Shown here piece by piece: positions 39,772-52,034 of a stretch of 64,000 nucleotides of DNA (its first letter is position 1; each line of letters begins with the position of its first letter). The stretch is from NCBI GenBank assembly GCA_013239625.1, contig MU054032.1, forward strand, positions 682,001-746,000, read 5' to 3'. The DNA comes from Lama guanicoe (Eukaryota). The translations under genes and the position numbers were made by a program. The notes beneath the pieces were generated by a model that saw nothing but the letters and a program-made list of their open reading frames with translations, made no database searches and was not told the origin of the DNA.

Positions 39772-42117
39772 TTTCTTTTTTCAGGTTCAAGTGCTGGATT
39801 GTGTCATGTGACCATCCCAAAACTCAGAGCACCCTATGGCCATCTTTGTCCTCTGTCACATAACTTGAAAACTGCCTGATGGCCTTTTTGCAGTGGTTCC
39901 CTCCAGGAAGCCTTGGTCTCAGTGAAGAAGTCCTTTCCCGGCATTCCAGTGCCCCTGTCAGCCCCATACTCCTCAGACACCCTTAACAAACAAAGGCAGT
40001 CACGCACGTGGTGTAACAAATACACAAAGTAAATAATAATTACACTAATTTTGATCGGAGGGGCACTGACCAGGTCCATACACATCATAAGGTGGGAGAT
40101 GGGGGGTGGTTGCTGGGCTGTGCCCCCAGGCTTCTTTACCTCATGCCTCTTTGGGGGTGGGGAGGACCAGGCAAATGAGACTTCAACTCATAGATATATG
40201 TTCATAGAGAAAGACCCCCTCCAAAGGTCTTTATTTGGTGATATTAAAGGGGCATATTCTAAGTGTCCCCCAAGTCTAATGCCCCAGCTCTCTAGAATTT
40301 GTAGAGGGAAGTCACCCGATGCCTGTTGCCCAGCCCCCACCCTGTGCCAACATGAAGAGACATGGGCATTTGACCTTAGAGGAGGCATCTTCTGTTCTTC
40401 ACTTTCACTTCTCTCTCCCTCTCCTTCCACCAAGGAAACGTGGATGGTGTTGATGGTCAGGTGTATCTTGTTCTCCAAGATTGGGGCAGAAGGAAGGATG
40501 AAGAACAGGGTCAGAAAGGAGAGGCTGGGGTTAGCGTAGCTGCTATATGGGCAGAGGTGAGTTAAAATGCTTAACAGCCCTTGCCCATTCCTATACCGAA
40601 ATAATTCATCTTACTTTTTCACTGGGGATGGGAATAAGATGCCAAAACTCACCAGCATCACCTTTCCAAGGGTGGTCACATACCTTTGCCCCTTCTACCA
40701 GCTGGACCAGTCAGGAAAGTCATGCTCTTGGGAAGAACAAGCCTTCCAGGTCAGCTCTCCAGCTTGGACTTGACTTTAGTTCAGTACTGTTTGCATCAAA
40801 GCGGTAACTGTTGGCTCTAATTAGAGTGACAATTTTGCTGAAGGTTCTTTTCCCCTCCTCTCCTGATATCCTCCAGGCTTTTGCCCAGAGCCAAGAGGTC
40901 TGGTGGTGAGGTATGAATAGGGTGCAGATCAGGAGATTCTCAACTCCTTGGCTTCAGGCACTGTCCAGCTGGGAGGCAGAGGGGAACTTGTACTCGGAAG
41001 CCTGTGACTCCTCTAAGCCTCACATCTCTTCACCACTACTCTGGTGCCCTGGTTATCTGTCCCACAGCGAGAGGTATTTTATGTCCATAAAGTGCCCGTG
41101 GTAAGTGCTCAGAATTCATCTCTTGGCTGTGGCGGGTGCTGCTAGTTCTCATTCCATCGAGGGGAAGAAACTGAGGCACGGTGAGTCCAGAGGAGGGTGG
41201 GTCAGGATTGTGGAAGGAATGAATAGGCCCAGCTAGTGACTTGGAGTGGCAACCAGTCCCTGCCTGCTTCCTAGCCTTCCAAACCAGGGAGTCTCCATCC
41301 TTCCCATCTGCTCTAACTGGCCTTGTCAGATGCTTTTCCCTACTGTATTGTCCCCTCCCTGCTGCCAGGTACTGCTAGATTCCAAAAAATAAAAGATAAA
41401 AATAATTATAGACACTCTGCTCCCTTGTTCTCCCCTCTTCCACCCTGAGCTTTGGGTTGGGGGACTAAAATGTCCCCCCTCCAGAATCCCTTCCACCTTG
41501 GTCTGCCGGCTCTATTCCCTAGCCCAGAGCAGTGATTTGGATTCAAACGCCCTGTAACCTTCAGCCTCCTTACTACTACTTTCTTGACCCCTCCTAATGC
41601 TGCCCAGACTAGGGGACTCTGGGCTTTCTACTCTTCTTTTTATTGACCTGAAGATAAAGGCTGGCAGCAGAGGCATTCCACAGGCTCTTTGGTCTCTCTC
41701 TTAGCTGGGGGGAATTTGGGCATGAGTAGGCCACACCTCTGCCTAAATAAGTCAGTACTATGTGGGTGGACCTGAGGGTTAGTGTAGTGGCTCTCATATA
41801 GATCCTGGATGTTGAGTCCCACTCCCCCCACCCCTCCAGCTCCTAAACCCTAACTTACTATTTCTGTGACTGCTGGAATTCAGTTCAACCCATTTGGCTC
41901 AGGAAGGTTTTAAGTAGAGTGATTTGGGGTTGGAAACTTCCATGTGTCAGCCCTCTTGCCCTCTACTCCCATTCTCAACCCTGGAGGCTTTAAACAAGTG
42001 CTTAAGTAGATGGGTACTGAGGGAGAACAGGGTTTGGGGAATAAGGGACAAATGGGGCACCGTGGGCAGGGGCCCTTCTATTTCAGTAAAGCCAAATACC
42101 AAGAAAGGAAAAGTCAC

Positions 42118-42136
42118 AATAAATAAATAAATAAAA
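42118..42136 (-). promoter_or_regulatory. AU-rich element in GDF11 3'UTR
   Basis: Minus strand TTTTATTTATTTATTTATT: three overlapping AUUUA pentamers. Confidence 0.55.
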
Positions 42137-42733
42137 TTCCAAAATCCTCCCTTTGCCCCTGCCCTCACTTCCCTTCCCCCAGCCACTGCTGGAGAGAGAA
42201 AGGGAAGAAGCTAAGAATGAATTTTGATTTCTTCTCCTACTGAGAATGGTAGTCAGGGGATCTCCCCAAACCATACCAAGCCCCTCACCTTGCCAGTGGA
42301 AGAAAGGAGGCTTGGTGTGGGGCTTTCTCTTAAAACTCCATTTCGGTTTCTCTCTCTATTTCTGCCTAGTCTCTGTCTCTTCTGCATCTCTATCCTTTTG
42401 CCTTCTCACTGCTGCACTTTTTGTTCCTCTGTCTCTATCCCTCTGCTCTACCTTTGTCTCTACGTCTCTCTGTCTTCTTGCCAAACGTTCTCACCTCAAA
42501 CCTCTAACACTCCCCACCTGACCATGCCCCCTCCTCTTCCCCTTTTCCCCCAAACCCCTCACCTCTCAATCCCCCACCTGCCTCCCTCTGTTGTATTGCA
42601 CACTGCTTGGGCAGGGAACAAGGTGTGATGTTCATGGGAAGAGGTGGAGGGAGCTCTTGGGCCTGGGGGCATGGGGGTCAGGGCTGAGGGTTCGAGGGGT
42701 AGGGTCTGTGAGGGAGGCATCCTATCCCCCACC

Positions 42734-43114
42734 TTAGGAGCAGCCACAGCGATCAACCACCATGCCAGGGATCTTGCCGTAGATAATCTGCTGCTTGTCA
42801 TTGAAGTAGAGCATGTTGATTGGGGACATCTTGGTGGGGGTACAGCAGGGCCCAGCAGAGCCTCTTGGATTAGCCTGTTGCACCAAGTGGGTGTGTGGAT
42901 ACTTTTGCATGAACATGTACTCGCACTGGCCGGAGCAGTAGTTGGCCTTGTAGCGTTTAGGTGCAATGATCCAGTCCCAGCCAAAAGCCTCAAAGTCCAC
43001 TGTGAGGGGATAGCGGCAGCAGCGGGACTCACTTGAGTGCTCATCGCAGTCCAGGCCCAGGTTCCGCCGGGACCGTTTTGTGTTCTCTAGGACTCGAAGC
43101 TCCATGAAAGGGTG
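42734..43114 (-). CDS. GDF11: GDF11 exon 3: furin site RSRR and mature TGF-beta-family domain
   Basis: ccccag|CAC CCT TTC ATG...; [36 protein letters not shown]...MVVDRCGCS*; 381 nt. Confidence 0.98.
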   Translation of the reverse strand, partial: HPFMELRVLENTKRSRRNLGLDCDEHSSESRCCRYPLTVDFEAFGWDWIIAPKRYKANYCSGQCEYMFMQKYPHTHLVQQANPRGSAGPCCTPTKMSPINMLYFNDKQQIIYGKIPGMVVDRCGCS

Positions 43115-43622
43115 CTGGGGGTGAGGGAGAGGAGAAAGAGATGTGATATATTCCCCAAGAGCTCCTACTCCCTGTTCCTTTCTCACCTGCCCCTCAACAG
43201 GAGTATCAGAAACGGAGACTGTTAGCCTTTCCCCTGCTCCCGTCCCCAGCCCGTCTTCTGCCCACTCTTCCTGCCAGCTAGCCATCTCTCCCTCAATTCA
43301 CCTTCCCTAATTCTTCTCCTGGCAACCTGACCCTCATCACCCCTGGCCCAAGGTCTCAACAACAGCCCATCTCTGTGTTTCCACGAATCTATTAACACAC
43401 CACCCCAAATCCAGTTTCCAGCTGTTGCCTGCCTTGGATCTTTGAAACGTGATTAGCACCCCATCACTACCACCTAATTGCGCCTCTAGAATCAGCTCCG
43501 GAACCTAGAAAAATAATATTGGTCCTCAGCCCCCTTTACATTCCTGGTCTACCTTTTCCAACATCCCACCTCCTCAGGGCCAGGTTATACATATCTGCCA
43601 ATATCTCAGGCTCCCTGCTCAC

Positions 43623-44020
43623 CAGCCCCTCAGCTCCTGGCCCCAGGGAAGTGACAGCCAGGTCTGTGCCACTGGGATCAAAGGCGTTGATCTCGATGCC
43701 CCAGTTGCTCTGTGGCTGGCGGAACCAGCTGTGTAGCACTTGCTTGAAGTCGATGCTTTGCCAGTGGCCGGAGCGCGAGTGCAGGTCAATTTTGAGTGAG
43801 CGGATTCGGATGTGACGCCGGCCTCCGCCCCCTCCCCCTGCAGTCCCTTCCCCAGTTAGGGGTTTCAGTCGCAAGATCTGCAGGTAGACTGTGGCTGGGC
43901 GGGGCACAGGCCGTAGATACACCCACAGCTGGGCCTTCAGTACCTTTGTGAACATCACCTTGGGGCTGAAGTGGAAATGGCAACAGAGAGGGCTGCCATC
44001 CGTCTGTACCGCAGGGTCCG
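43623..44020 (-). CDS. GDF11: GDF11 exon 2 (prodomain)
   Basis: ttttcag|CG GAC CCT...GGG CTG|gtgagc; [36 protein letters not shown]...GPGAEGL; 398 nt. Confidence 0.98.
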
Positions 44021-47000
44021 CTGAAAAGAAAGGGCACAGCATGAGTGAAGAGTGTGGAGGGGTCAGCAGCTATTGTGGGCACTGGCAATCCCTTCAGCCT
44101 GTTTTCGAGTTCTTACCCCTCTCTCTTGCCTGTTTTGTTGACTGCAGTGTCACTGGTACCCAGAACCCCCGTCGCTCTTTCCCTATAAGATGGTTCTTTC
44201 AGGCCTTACTGATCTGTACCCCTTCCTTACCCTGTTTGCCCTAATGCATGAGTTCCCTTCTACCAGATAACCTGCAAAGACGATTATTAGGGAATTCTTC
44301 AACCTGCAACCTCTCCTTCCTCCAGCTTTCCACAGCATGTAGGGCTTCAACTTTTCCTGAACCTTTGATGCTCTTCATGGAAGCCAAACCTCATATCACA
44401 CCTGCTGTCCTCAGGTCACCTTGCCCCGTTTCTGCTCTGTTTTGTCTGGTGGCCAAGTGGAGCCTGGCACAGCCCCCCCACCCCAAGCAGACGGCCTCAA
44501 AGAATGGATAATCCAGGGTCCAGATAGGGAGCATGGGCCAAATTTATTCCATGAAGTAAGCCAGAATTCAGATCTAGGCTTCTGGCATCATTCCCACTAG
44601 AAACCACACACCCAAAAGTATGCAATACTCAAGCACTCATGCATCTGACTCTTCACTTCTTTGACCTTCAGCTGCTTCCGCAGCATCACCATCACTGCTT
44701 CCACTTTTAAGGGAGGAAAAACTGCCTCCCGGGTTTTTTCTCATACTTCCCTGGAGCATCAGAAATAATAGTCAACACACCACGTCAGATGTAATCACTC
44801 TTCTTTTCTCCTCTGAGCTTCCTTTGGTTTCTTAGTCCAGTGCCAATAAGTCTTTACAAAGGTTTAACATCCCAATTTTACGTTTTGGCCCATTTCCCCT
44901 TGTTCTGGACTATAAATTGACCCTTCTTGGGTTTAAAGGATGATTCTAACCGTATCTGCTGCTGCTTCCGTTTCAGCTCCTCTCAGTTCCCCTTTCTAAT
45001 TTCTTAAATTAGTTGGGAATGCCCTAAATCATGTTTCCATTGGATAGGAATATCCATTTTTATGCTAAACAGGAAGAATCAGGAATGAGCTTCCAGAGCC
45101 ATGTAAGTATGATCAGGAAGTCCAGGCCCTTATGTGTCTGTCATACCCAGGTCTTGAGTGCTGCGTAACCACAGATAATTTAGCATCTGTTGTCTCCTGT
45201 CAGCATTCCCCAACCCCCACCGGAAGAAAGGGAAGACACTCCAAGTTAAATGGGAAGGAAAGTGCTTAATGATCTTCATATATTCAGGACACAAGACACA
45301 AAGTTCCTCTGCAGCTTACTTTCCCCGTGGTTTTTCTCTGAGGCCCCAGGGCACTGATAGTCCTCCCCGTTATCTTAACTCTGGCTGGAGCTGCAATGGG
45401 GTAAGGTTTAGGGAGTGGAGATTTGGGGATTAGGAGTCTCTGGGGCAAGGTAGTCGCTGGTGATATGGAGAGTGATAGCAACAATTCGAACAGTGTGCTA
45501 TACCTAATTTCAGCAGAGATTCTTTTATTTTCCTGCCTGTCTTCACCATTAGGTGCTAATCTTGCTGAAAGTGGACACTGTGTCAGTACTATTTCTGTTT
45601 TGCTCACCATTGCAGCCTTATTGCCTCCCATAATACCAGGCAGTGCTCAATAAGTGCATGCTGAGTTAACTCCCTAAACTCCCAATCTTAAATTATATAG
45701 GCAAGTGCCTGAAAGTTCTTCCTGGCATCTAAGCACTGTTCTTTGACTGCAGTTGAAGTGGGTTTTATCACTGTCTGCCATATTAATCAGTGTCTGACCT
45801 CACTCACCAGACTTCTCAGTGATACAGATAATTCTTGCTTCATAGGAGTGCTGAGCATTAAATAAAGAATTTGAAAATAGTAGTAGTTTCTCAGTAAGTG
45901 GTTTATTATTAGTTTTCTAAACTCTAAACATATTTCCCTACCTAAACCTGCCCAAGGCTTAGGGATGGGGGACTGGGCGCCAGTCTTTGGTTCCTTCAGG
46001 CAGGTCCCATCCTCACCCCTAGGAACCACCATACACTTCTCACCCAGTGGATAGAAGGACAGTTGGTACTATAAGGGGACAGGATGAAGACATATGGAGG
46101 AAGAAAAGGGAAAGCAGAAGAGACAGGGGAGAGACTGAAGATGGCAAGGAAGGTAAGAATAGAGAAGAGATTTTAGAGATGGGGGTAGGTTAGAAGAGAG
46201 AGGCAGTGAAATGGAGGAGAGAAGGAAGAGAGAGGGGAAGATCATGGCAGAGAGAGAAGAACATGGGAGCTGGAGAACACCAGGAGAGAAGGAGGGACGC
46301 AAAAGGAGTGGGTGAGGGTTAAGAAGCCAAAAGGAGGGAGGTAGCTAAGCCTAGTGGGAAAAAGAGAAAGGATAGAAGGATACAGAGGAAGGAACAAAGG
46401 AGAAGCAGGTAGAGCCACAGAGGAAACAAGAGGCTTGAGAGAGTCCCCAACACACACATAGGCCCAGCTCCCAAGGGGAGGGGAAGGAGCCACATCTGTG
46501 TTGGATTGATCGGGTTGGTGGCAGGCAGCAGGTCAGGTTTAGTAGGCGGCTGTGGTCTGGAGAGAGGTCATTGCACTATTTTCAGCAAAAGCCCAACCCC
46601 CTCCCTGCTCACCACCTCCTCCTCCCCCCACCTCGCCACCCCCAAACACCAAACACACTTTCCTCACCCTGGCTGGAAGGCCTAGGGGCAGGAGGTTGGG
46701 CTGAGAGGGCAGGGGCCTCTTGGTGTAGGGAGGAGAGAGAAACTGAGGGGCTGGGCTTGGCTCCCAGAAGGGCAAGGGGGCTGGGTTCCCAGGATGAAGG
46801 CTGGGGTGGGAGAGCCCGAGAGGGCGGAGGGAACTAGGGCAGGCCCTGCAGCCCAGGAGAGGTGGGGGCTGGGGTCCAGGGTGGAGGGCTGGGGGAGGGG
46901 AAGAAGGGGGAGGGGAGCGGAGGCCATCTCTGCTGACAAACACCTCCCCCGATTAGCAGAGCACAAGTCTCTTATTAAAGCGGGTCCCTGGGGATTAGAC

Positions 47001-48943
47001 TATAAAAGTCTCTTTTTCCTTTTCCCCTCTCTCCCTCCCCTTCCCTCTGCTCCCCCTCCCTCTCTTAAGAGCTCAGCTTAGCTCTTAAAGGGGACGCACA
47101 ATACCTGGCTGGAGACCCAGTTCCCTAGTTATCCAAGTCCTGGGGTGGCAAGAGGGTAGAAGTTGGGGTGGAACCCCATCTACTGGTGTCCTTCCCTGTC
47201 CTGTCCACCCCCTACGTCTAACCTGCACTTCCCAAACTGTGCGTGTGTGGTGTCTGTTCCTTCCTGCATCTGCATTACCAGGGCTAACTCTGGGCTCAGG
47301 CCTATTGGTTAAGAGATGCTAGGGACAGAATGAGGCAGGGGGAAGCCCACGGCTCCATCACTCATTCTGGAAAGCCTCTCTCACACACTCCACCACATAG
47401 ACCAAAGTATCGTTTCTTTCTGTATCCTTCATCTTCTTCTAGCAAACTCTTCTTCAGAATTCCTCTACCACTGTTTCTAACTCTGTTATAATTCCCCACC
47501 CCCAACCCTGTCCTCTGTCAGTCTCAGACTGACCCCAGCTTCTATAAAGCAGAAGCCTTAAGAACAGAAGGGAGACTGAGGAACCCAAGACCAGATCCCA
47601 GGCCTTCCCACCCCCAACCCCAGGTTAGTTTACTAGTCCTTTGAGTATTCTTTTCTTTACAGCCCTGACCAAGCACTGTGGAGTTAGCTTTGCAGAAAAA
47701 CTGGTGGCAGTGTGAGGCACTCAGCCTCCCAGATGCACACCTGGGTTCCAGTGCCTCTCCCTTGGGGGTGGGCCACTAGGACTCCCCTAGGCCCCCAGCT
47801 TTTTATGACCCATCTGCCAATAAACCAGTCTCCCCCTCTTCTGTTCAGAGCCATAAAACCAAACAGTGGGGGGGGGGCGGCGACTTTGCCAAACCACTAG
47901 GGAATAAGAGGGCCTGGTTCCCTGGAGTTGTTGGGGGTTGGGGGAGACCTCAGTGGGGGAGGGGAAAAGGGAGTCATCTGACCTTAGGGAGAGCTGGGGG
48001 GTTTGGGTGTATGTGCTGGGGAGTGTTGGCCTGGATTTTCCAGGCCATAAAATTTCAAAGCAGCTCAAGTCTATTAACATGTTCATCTTCCGTTTGGCCA
48101 GGAGCTAGGATGCCTGGGTTTCCCCTCCCTCCCATGTACCTCTTTCTTTTTCTCCCTAAGTGTTCCTCTCTCTCCTCAAGCCTGGTTGCGGGTAGGGGCG
48201 GGTGAATATGGGATACAACACTAAGGTTTGAACAGTTAAACGGGTACCCTTAGCCCCAGCGCAATGGAGTTGAGTTCTTTGAGCTCGGTCAGTAAGAGAA
48301 GGCACAGCTTTTCCAGCCCCTTGAGAGACCCGATGTCAAAAGGGCTCCAGCTAAAATGGGCAGCTGGGCTGCCGGGAGAGATACAGGGCTCCGGGATCTC
48401 GTCCCCGGGAGAGGGAGAGGGGCACTTGATTTTCTGCAGCCCCGGGGGCGCGTTGCGAAGCCCAAGGTGGAAGGAGTGGAGAGTTGGTGCCAGGGCCATT
48501 GGGAAGCGGAGAGCACTGCAACCTGGCTAGAACTGCGGGGGTCCCGAAGCCTCCCGATTCTGTTCTCCAGCCTCTCCACCACGGCCCTTCAGGACTGAGT
48601 TGCTGCCCCTTCCCCTCCGCTGCAGGCGGACCCTTGCTTCCCCAGAATCCCCGCAACACCGGTCTTTTCTGCACACCCAGGGTGGGAGTCGGTATCTCGC
48701 AATCCTTTCCGTTTGCCCCCTCACCTCCGAGGACGGGGCGTGCACACAACTCTGCAGCCCATCTCCACAGCTCGAAAAACTTCTTCGGAACAGCCCCCGC
48801 CCCCCAATTCATCAAGTTTTCGCCGAAAAGGCTTTCCGGCCGGAGCAGCCAGGAGCGCCCCGCATCAAAGCGGGAGGCGCTCACTTTCCCCGAGCGGGAG
48901 CTGGAGCCCGCACCCCACTGCTCACGTCCCACCAACCACTTAC

Positions 48944-49287
48944 TCTCTTGGGCCATGCTAATGACAGTCTCAGTGGTGGCGTGGTACTCGTCCTCCTCCA
49001 AGAAGTCCTCGGGCTGCAGCGCGTCGCCCTGGAAGTCGTGCAGGTCCAGGATCTGCTGCAGCGGCGGCGCCTTGGGCAGCAGCTGCTTCACCACCTCGCG
49101 GCTGATGTTGGGCGCCTCCTTGAGCCGCAGTTTGCTCAAGATCTGCGACTTGATGCTCTCCAGGCGCAGCTCGCGGCTATGCTGCCGCCAGACGCACACG
49201 GGGCAGCCGTCGGGCTCGGGCGCCACGGACGGGGCCGGCCGGCTCGAGCACTCCACCCCGGCCCCCGCCGCCGCCGCCACCGCCGCC
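48944..49287 (-). CDS. GDF11: GDF11 exon 1, recognisable part only (ATG and signal peptide absent in this assembly)
   Basis: [55 protein letters not shown]...[30 protein letters not shown], donor GAG A|gtaagt at 48944. Homology stops at the poly-Ala run near 49287. Confidence 0.93.
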
Positions 49288-49535
49288 AACCCCCAATTCC
49301 GCGCTCTTTTCACACGCGTTCGTGACGGGGAGGAAACCACTCAGATAAAAGACCTAGTCTCTGTCCCTTTCCTTTCGGGGCCTCTCCACAGCGCAAGACC
49401 TGGGTCCCCAGTGGCGGGCCGCTCCCAGCCTTGCGGGTTCGCGGCCCTCCGCGGGCCCGGGTCCGTCAGCGCGCGGGCGGGGCGGGCGGGCGGCCGGGGC
49501 GGGCGGCTGCGGGGGCCCCAGCCCGGGCCTGGCCC

Positions 49536-49608
49536 TTTATAGCCCCGGCCCCCGTGTCGTCAGCGGCCGCGATTGGCTGCGGAGCCAACAAAAGAGGCAG
49601 CGCTGTCA
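49536..49608 (-). promoter_or_regulatory. GDF11: GDF11 core promoter: MEIS-type TGACAG, CCAAT, half-CRE, TATA
   Basis: Minus strand TGACAGCG (49601-49608), AGCCAATC (49571-49578), CTGACGACAC (49554-49563), TATAAA (49536-49541), followed by GC boxes. Confidence 0.8.
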
Positions 49609-52034
49609 TCCGAGGCGAGAGAGGGAGCCGGAGAGAGCCGAGGAAGAGAGAGAGAGGGAGGGAGCGAGGGCCCAGAGAGATGGAGAGACAGAGATATTGG
49701 GGTGGGGGAGAAGAGGGGACAGACAGACAAAGTCAGAGTCAGAGAAATCGAAGAAAGACTGAGAGATAAAGGGGAAGAGGCAGATCAGAGACACAGAGAT
49801 AGAAAGAGCTGGAGGAAGAGGACAGAGACAAAGGTGGGGAAGACACAGAGAGGAGAGACTTAACTAAAGAGACAGATAAAGAAGGAAGGTGACAGGCATA
49901 ACAAGTTGGGGAGTTAGAGTGGGGAGAATCAGAGACAACGATAGAGGAGGGAGACCAGAGGGAGGAGAGAGTTGTGGCTAGACAGGAGGGGAGATGGCAG
50001 TCTATGGACCAGATAACAGGAGGTCAGGGGTGCACAGAGATGGAAGCTGGGCAGAAGAACTGATGGGACGGAGACCAGAGCCCTGGGAAAGAGAGATACA
50101 GAAAAATCAGGAGGAGGAGGTGCAGGAGGCACAGAGACTGGGAGATACCAAGGGAGCTTCCTTGGTAGACACAGAGGAAGCAGACACAGAGGATCAGAGG
50201 AAGGCAGAGATAGGAAGACAGAGACTCCTGCGGAAGGAAGAACAGCCTAGCCCAAGGCTGACTCTCCTAAGTCAGCCTTGGTGGAAGCACGGAGAGCCCG
50301 ATGGAGGCGGAGATGGAGGATTTGAGCCCAGAAGGGCCCTAGTTACCAGAAGCAGCCCCAAAAAGATGTTTGAAGGGGGTTTGGAGGGAAGCAGCAGGCT
50401 GGGCTCAGCAGGGGATCAGGAAGCACAGCTTGGGATGGAAGGATTGACATGGGGGTCAGTGAGGAACACTAGGAGAAGAGGCCAGAGACAATCTGAGAAG
50501 GTGGAGAGGTGGTGGGAAGCCCTGAAACAAGAGGAAGGCTTAGAGCTGGGAAGAATGTGAACTTGAAATTGAGGCTTGAAAGGGAATAAGGGAGTCAGAG
50601 GCTGGAACAGACAGGAACTGGGGACCATCAGGGGAGGAGTGGGAGGGATCAGGGCTGAGACCACTGTGCTTGCAGAGAAATCTTGCCTCTGAATTCCTAG
50701 ATGTACTTTTGGACCTGCAGGATCTTCGAAGTCTGAGAAGGGGCTTGTAAGTCGCAGGGGTGAGGGTGAGAGAGAGGTCTGCTCTCCGTGCCTGAGCTGC
50801 AGACAGCAAGTTGTGAGGGGAGAGACCCAGATGTGGGATGAGCCCTCATCTTCAGATGTAACACGAGGTACCAGTAGCAGAGCAGAAGAGTGCTAAGGTA
50901 CTAAAGTGTTCCTGGGGTACTTAACTTCTGGTTCTGGATACCTCTTCCCAGACCTCAGTTCCTTCAGGCTGATCTCTTGAGTCTAAAGCCCTAGAGGTCA
51001 ATGGGCAAATAACCAACAGACTGAAAAGGTTCGAGGGCATCCGGTCAGATCTTGCTCGTTTCCTGGCACACACAGTGCTTATTGAATAAGTGGGTGACCA
51101 TTATTGGGCTTCTCAGGCAGAACAGAGTGACACTGGTTTCCTTTTTGGATTAGATGGAGCACTGGGTGTAAGGACAGAGTTGGGCTGGGAAGCTGAAGTG
51201 GAATGAGAGAAGAAAGTGGGAGTCCAGATGTGAAGGAGGAAGGTGGGTAGGGATTAGGAGGACCAGGCTGGGGATCTTTGAAGAGATGACCTATTTCATG
51301 GAGAACAGGAACTAAGACCGCAGCAGAATGGAAAAAAAAAACTTAAGACAGCCCGTTCCCTCCACGACATGGACATCTCAACACTTCATCAAGTTTCTTC
51401 ATCTATAAAATAGGATCATATTGCCTATCCAGCAAAATTGTAAACTCCTTGAGAGAAGAGATGGTGTCACCTCTTTCTTCCTTCGAGGAGGTGGCCCAGC
51501 TTTCACTTCTCCACCAAACATGTAGCAAGTGGCAGTCTCTGAGCAATGCAAAGAGCAATAAGACTTAGACCCCCTTTCAGGGAACAGAGTAGACAGGACA
51601 CTGTAAACGATACTGGCTAGAACTCCAGGCCAGATGCCTCGTTGATATCTCCGTCTGGATGTCCCAAGTCACCTTAAACCTCATAGGTTAAATGTGACAG
51701 ACAACTTCTTCTCTCCCCTAAATTGTGCCTCCATCCGGCTGTGTTTCATTTTAATGAATGACACTCAATCATCCAGGCGAAAAACCTGGATGTCACCTCC
51801 ACCCTCTTTCTCTTGATTATCTCTGCATCTTTGCACAAATTGTTTCCTCTTCCAAGGACAACTCCCCCTCCTCCTGCCACTGCCCCCTCCCCCAATTTAC
51901 TCTTTTTTCAGGTCTCAGTATAGATGAGATTTTAGACATGCTGTCCAGGAGTCCATTCCTGACTCCCAGGTCTAGAGTAGATGCTTCTCCTAGCTACATC
52001 TGCACCATCCTGTGTCTCACAGAGGTTAGTCACA

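Larger units (their letters stand above)
48300..49620. promoter_or_regulatory. CpG island over GDF11 promoter and exon 1
   Basis: Very high GC and CpG density relative to flanks; boundaries approximate. Confidence 0.85.

Noticed and set aside
47065..47088. 9-bp inverted repeat TTAAGAGCT-6nt-AGCTCTTAA in GDF11 intron 1
   Set aside because: Too short to distinguish from chance in 64 kb without conservation data.
48484..49542. 352-aa and 241-aa + strand ORFs
   Set aside because: Antisense shadows of GDF11 exon 1 in a stop-poor CpG island, with non-ATG starts.
49994..50560. 188-aa + strand ORF upstream of GDF11
   Set aside because: Arises from T-poor GA-rich low-complexity sequence; no recognisable domain.
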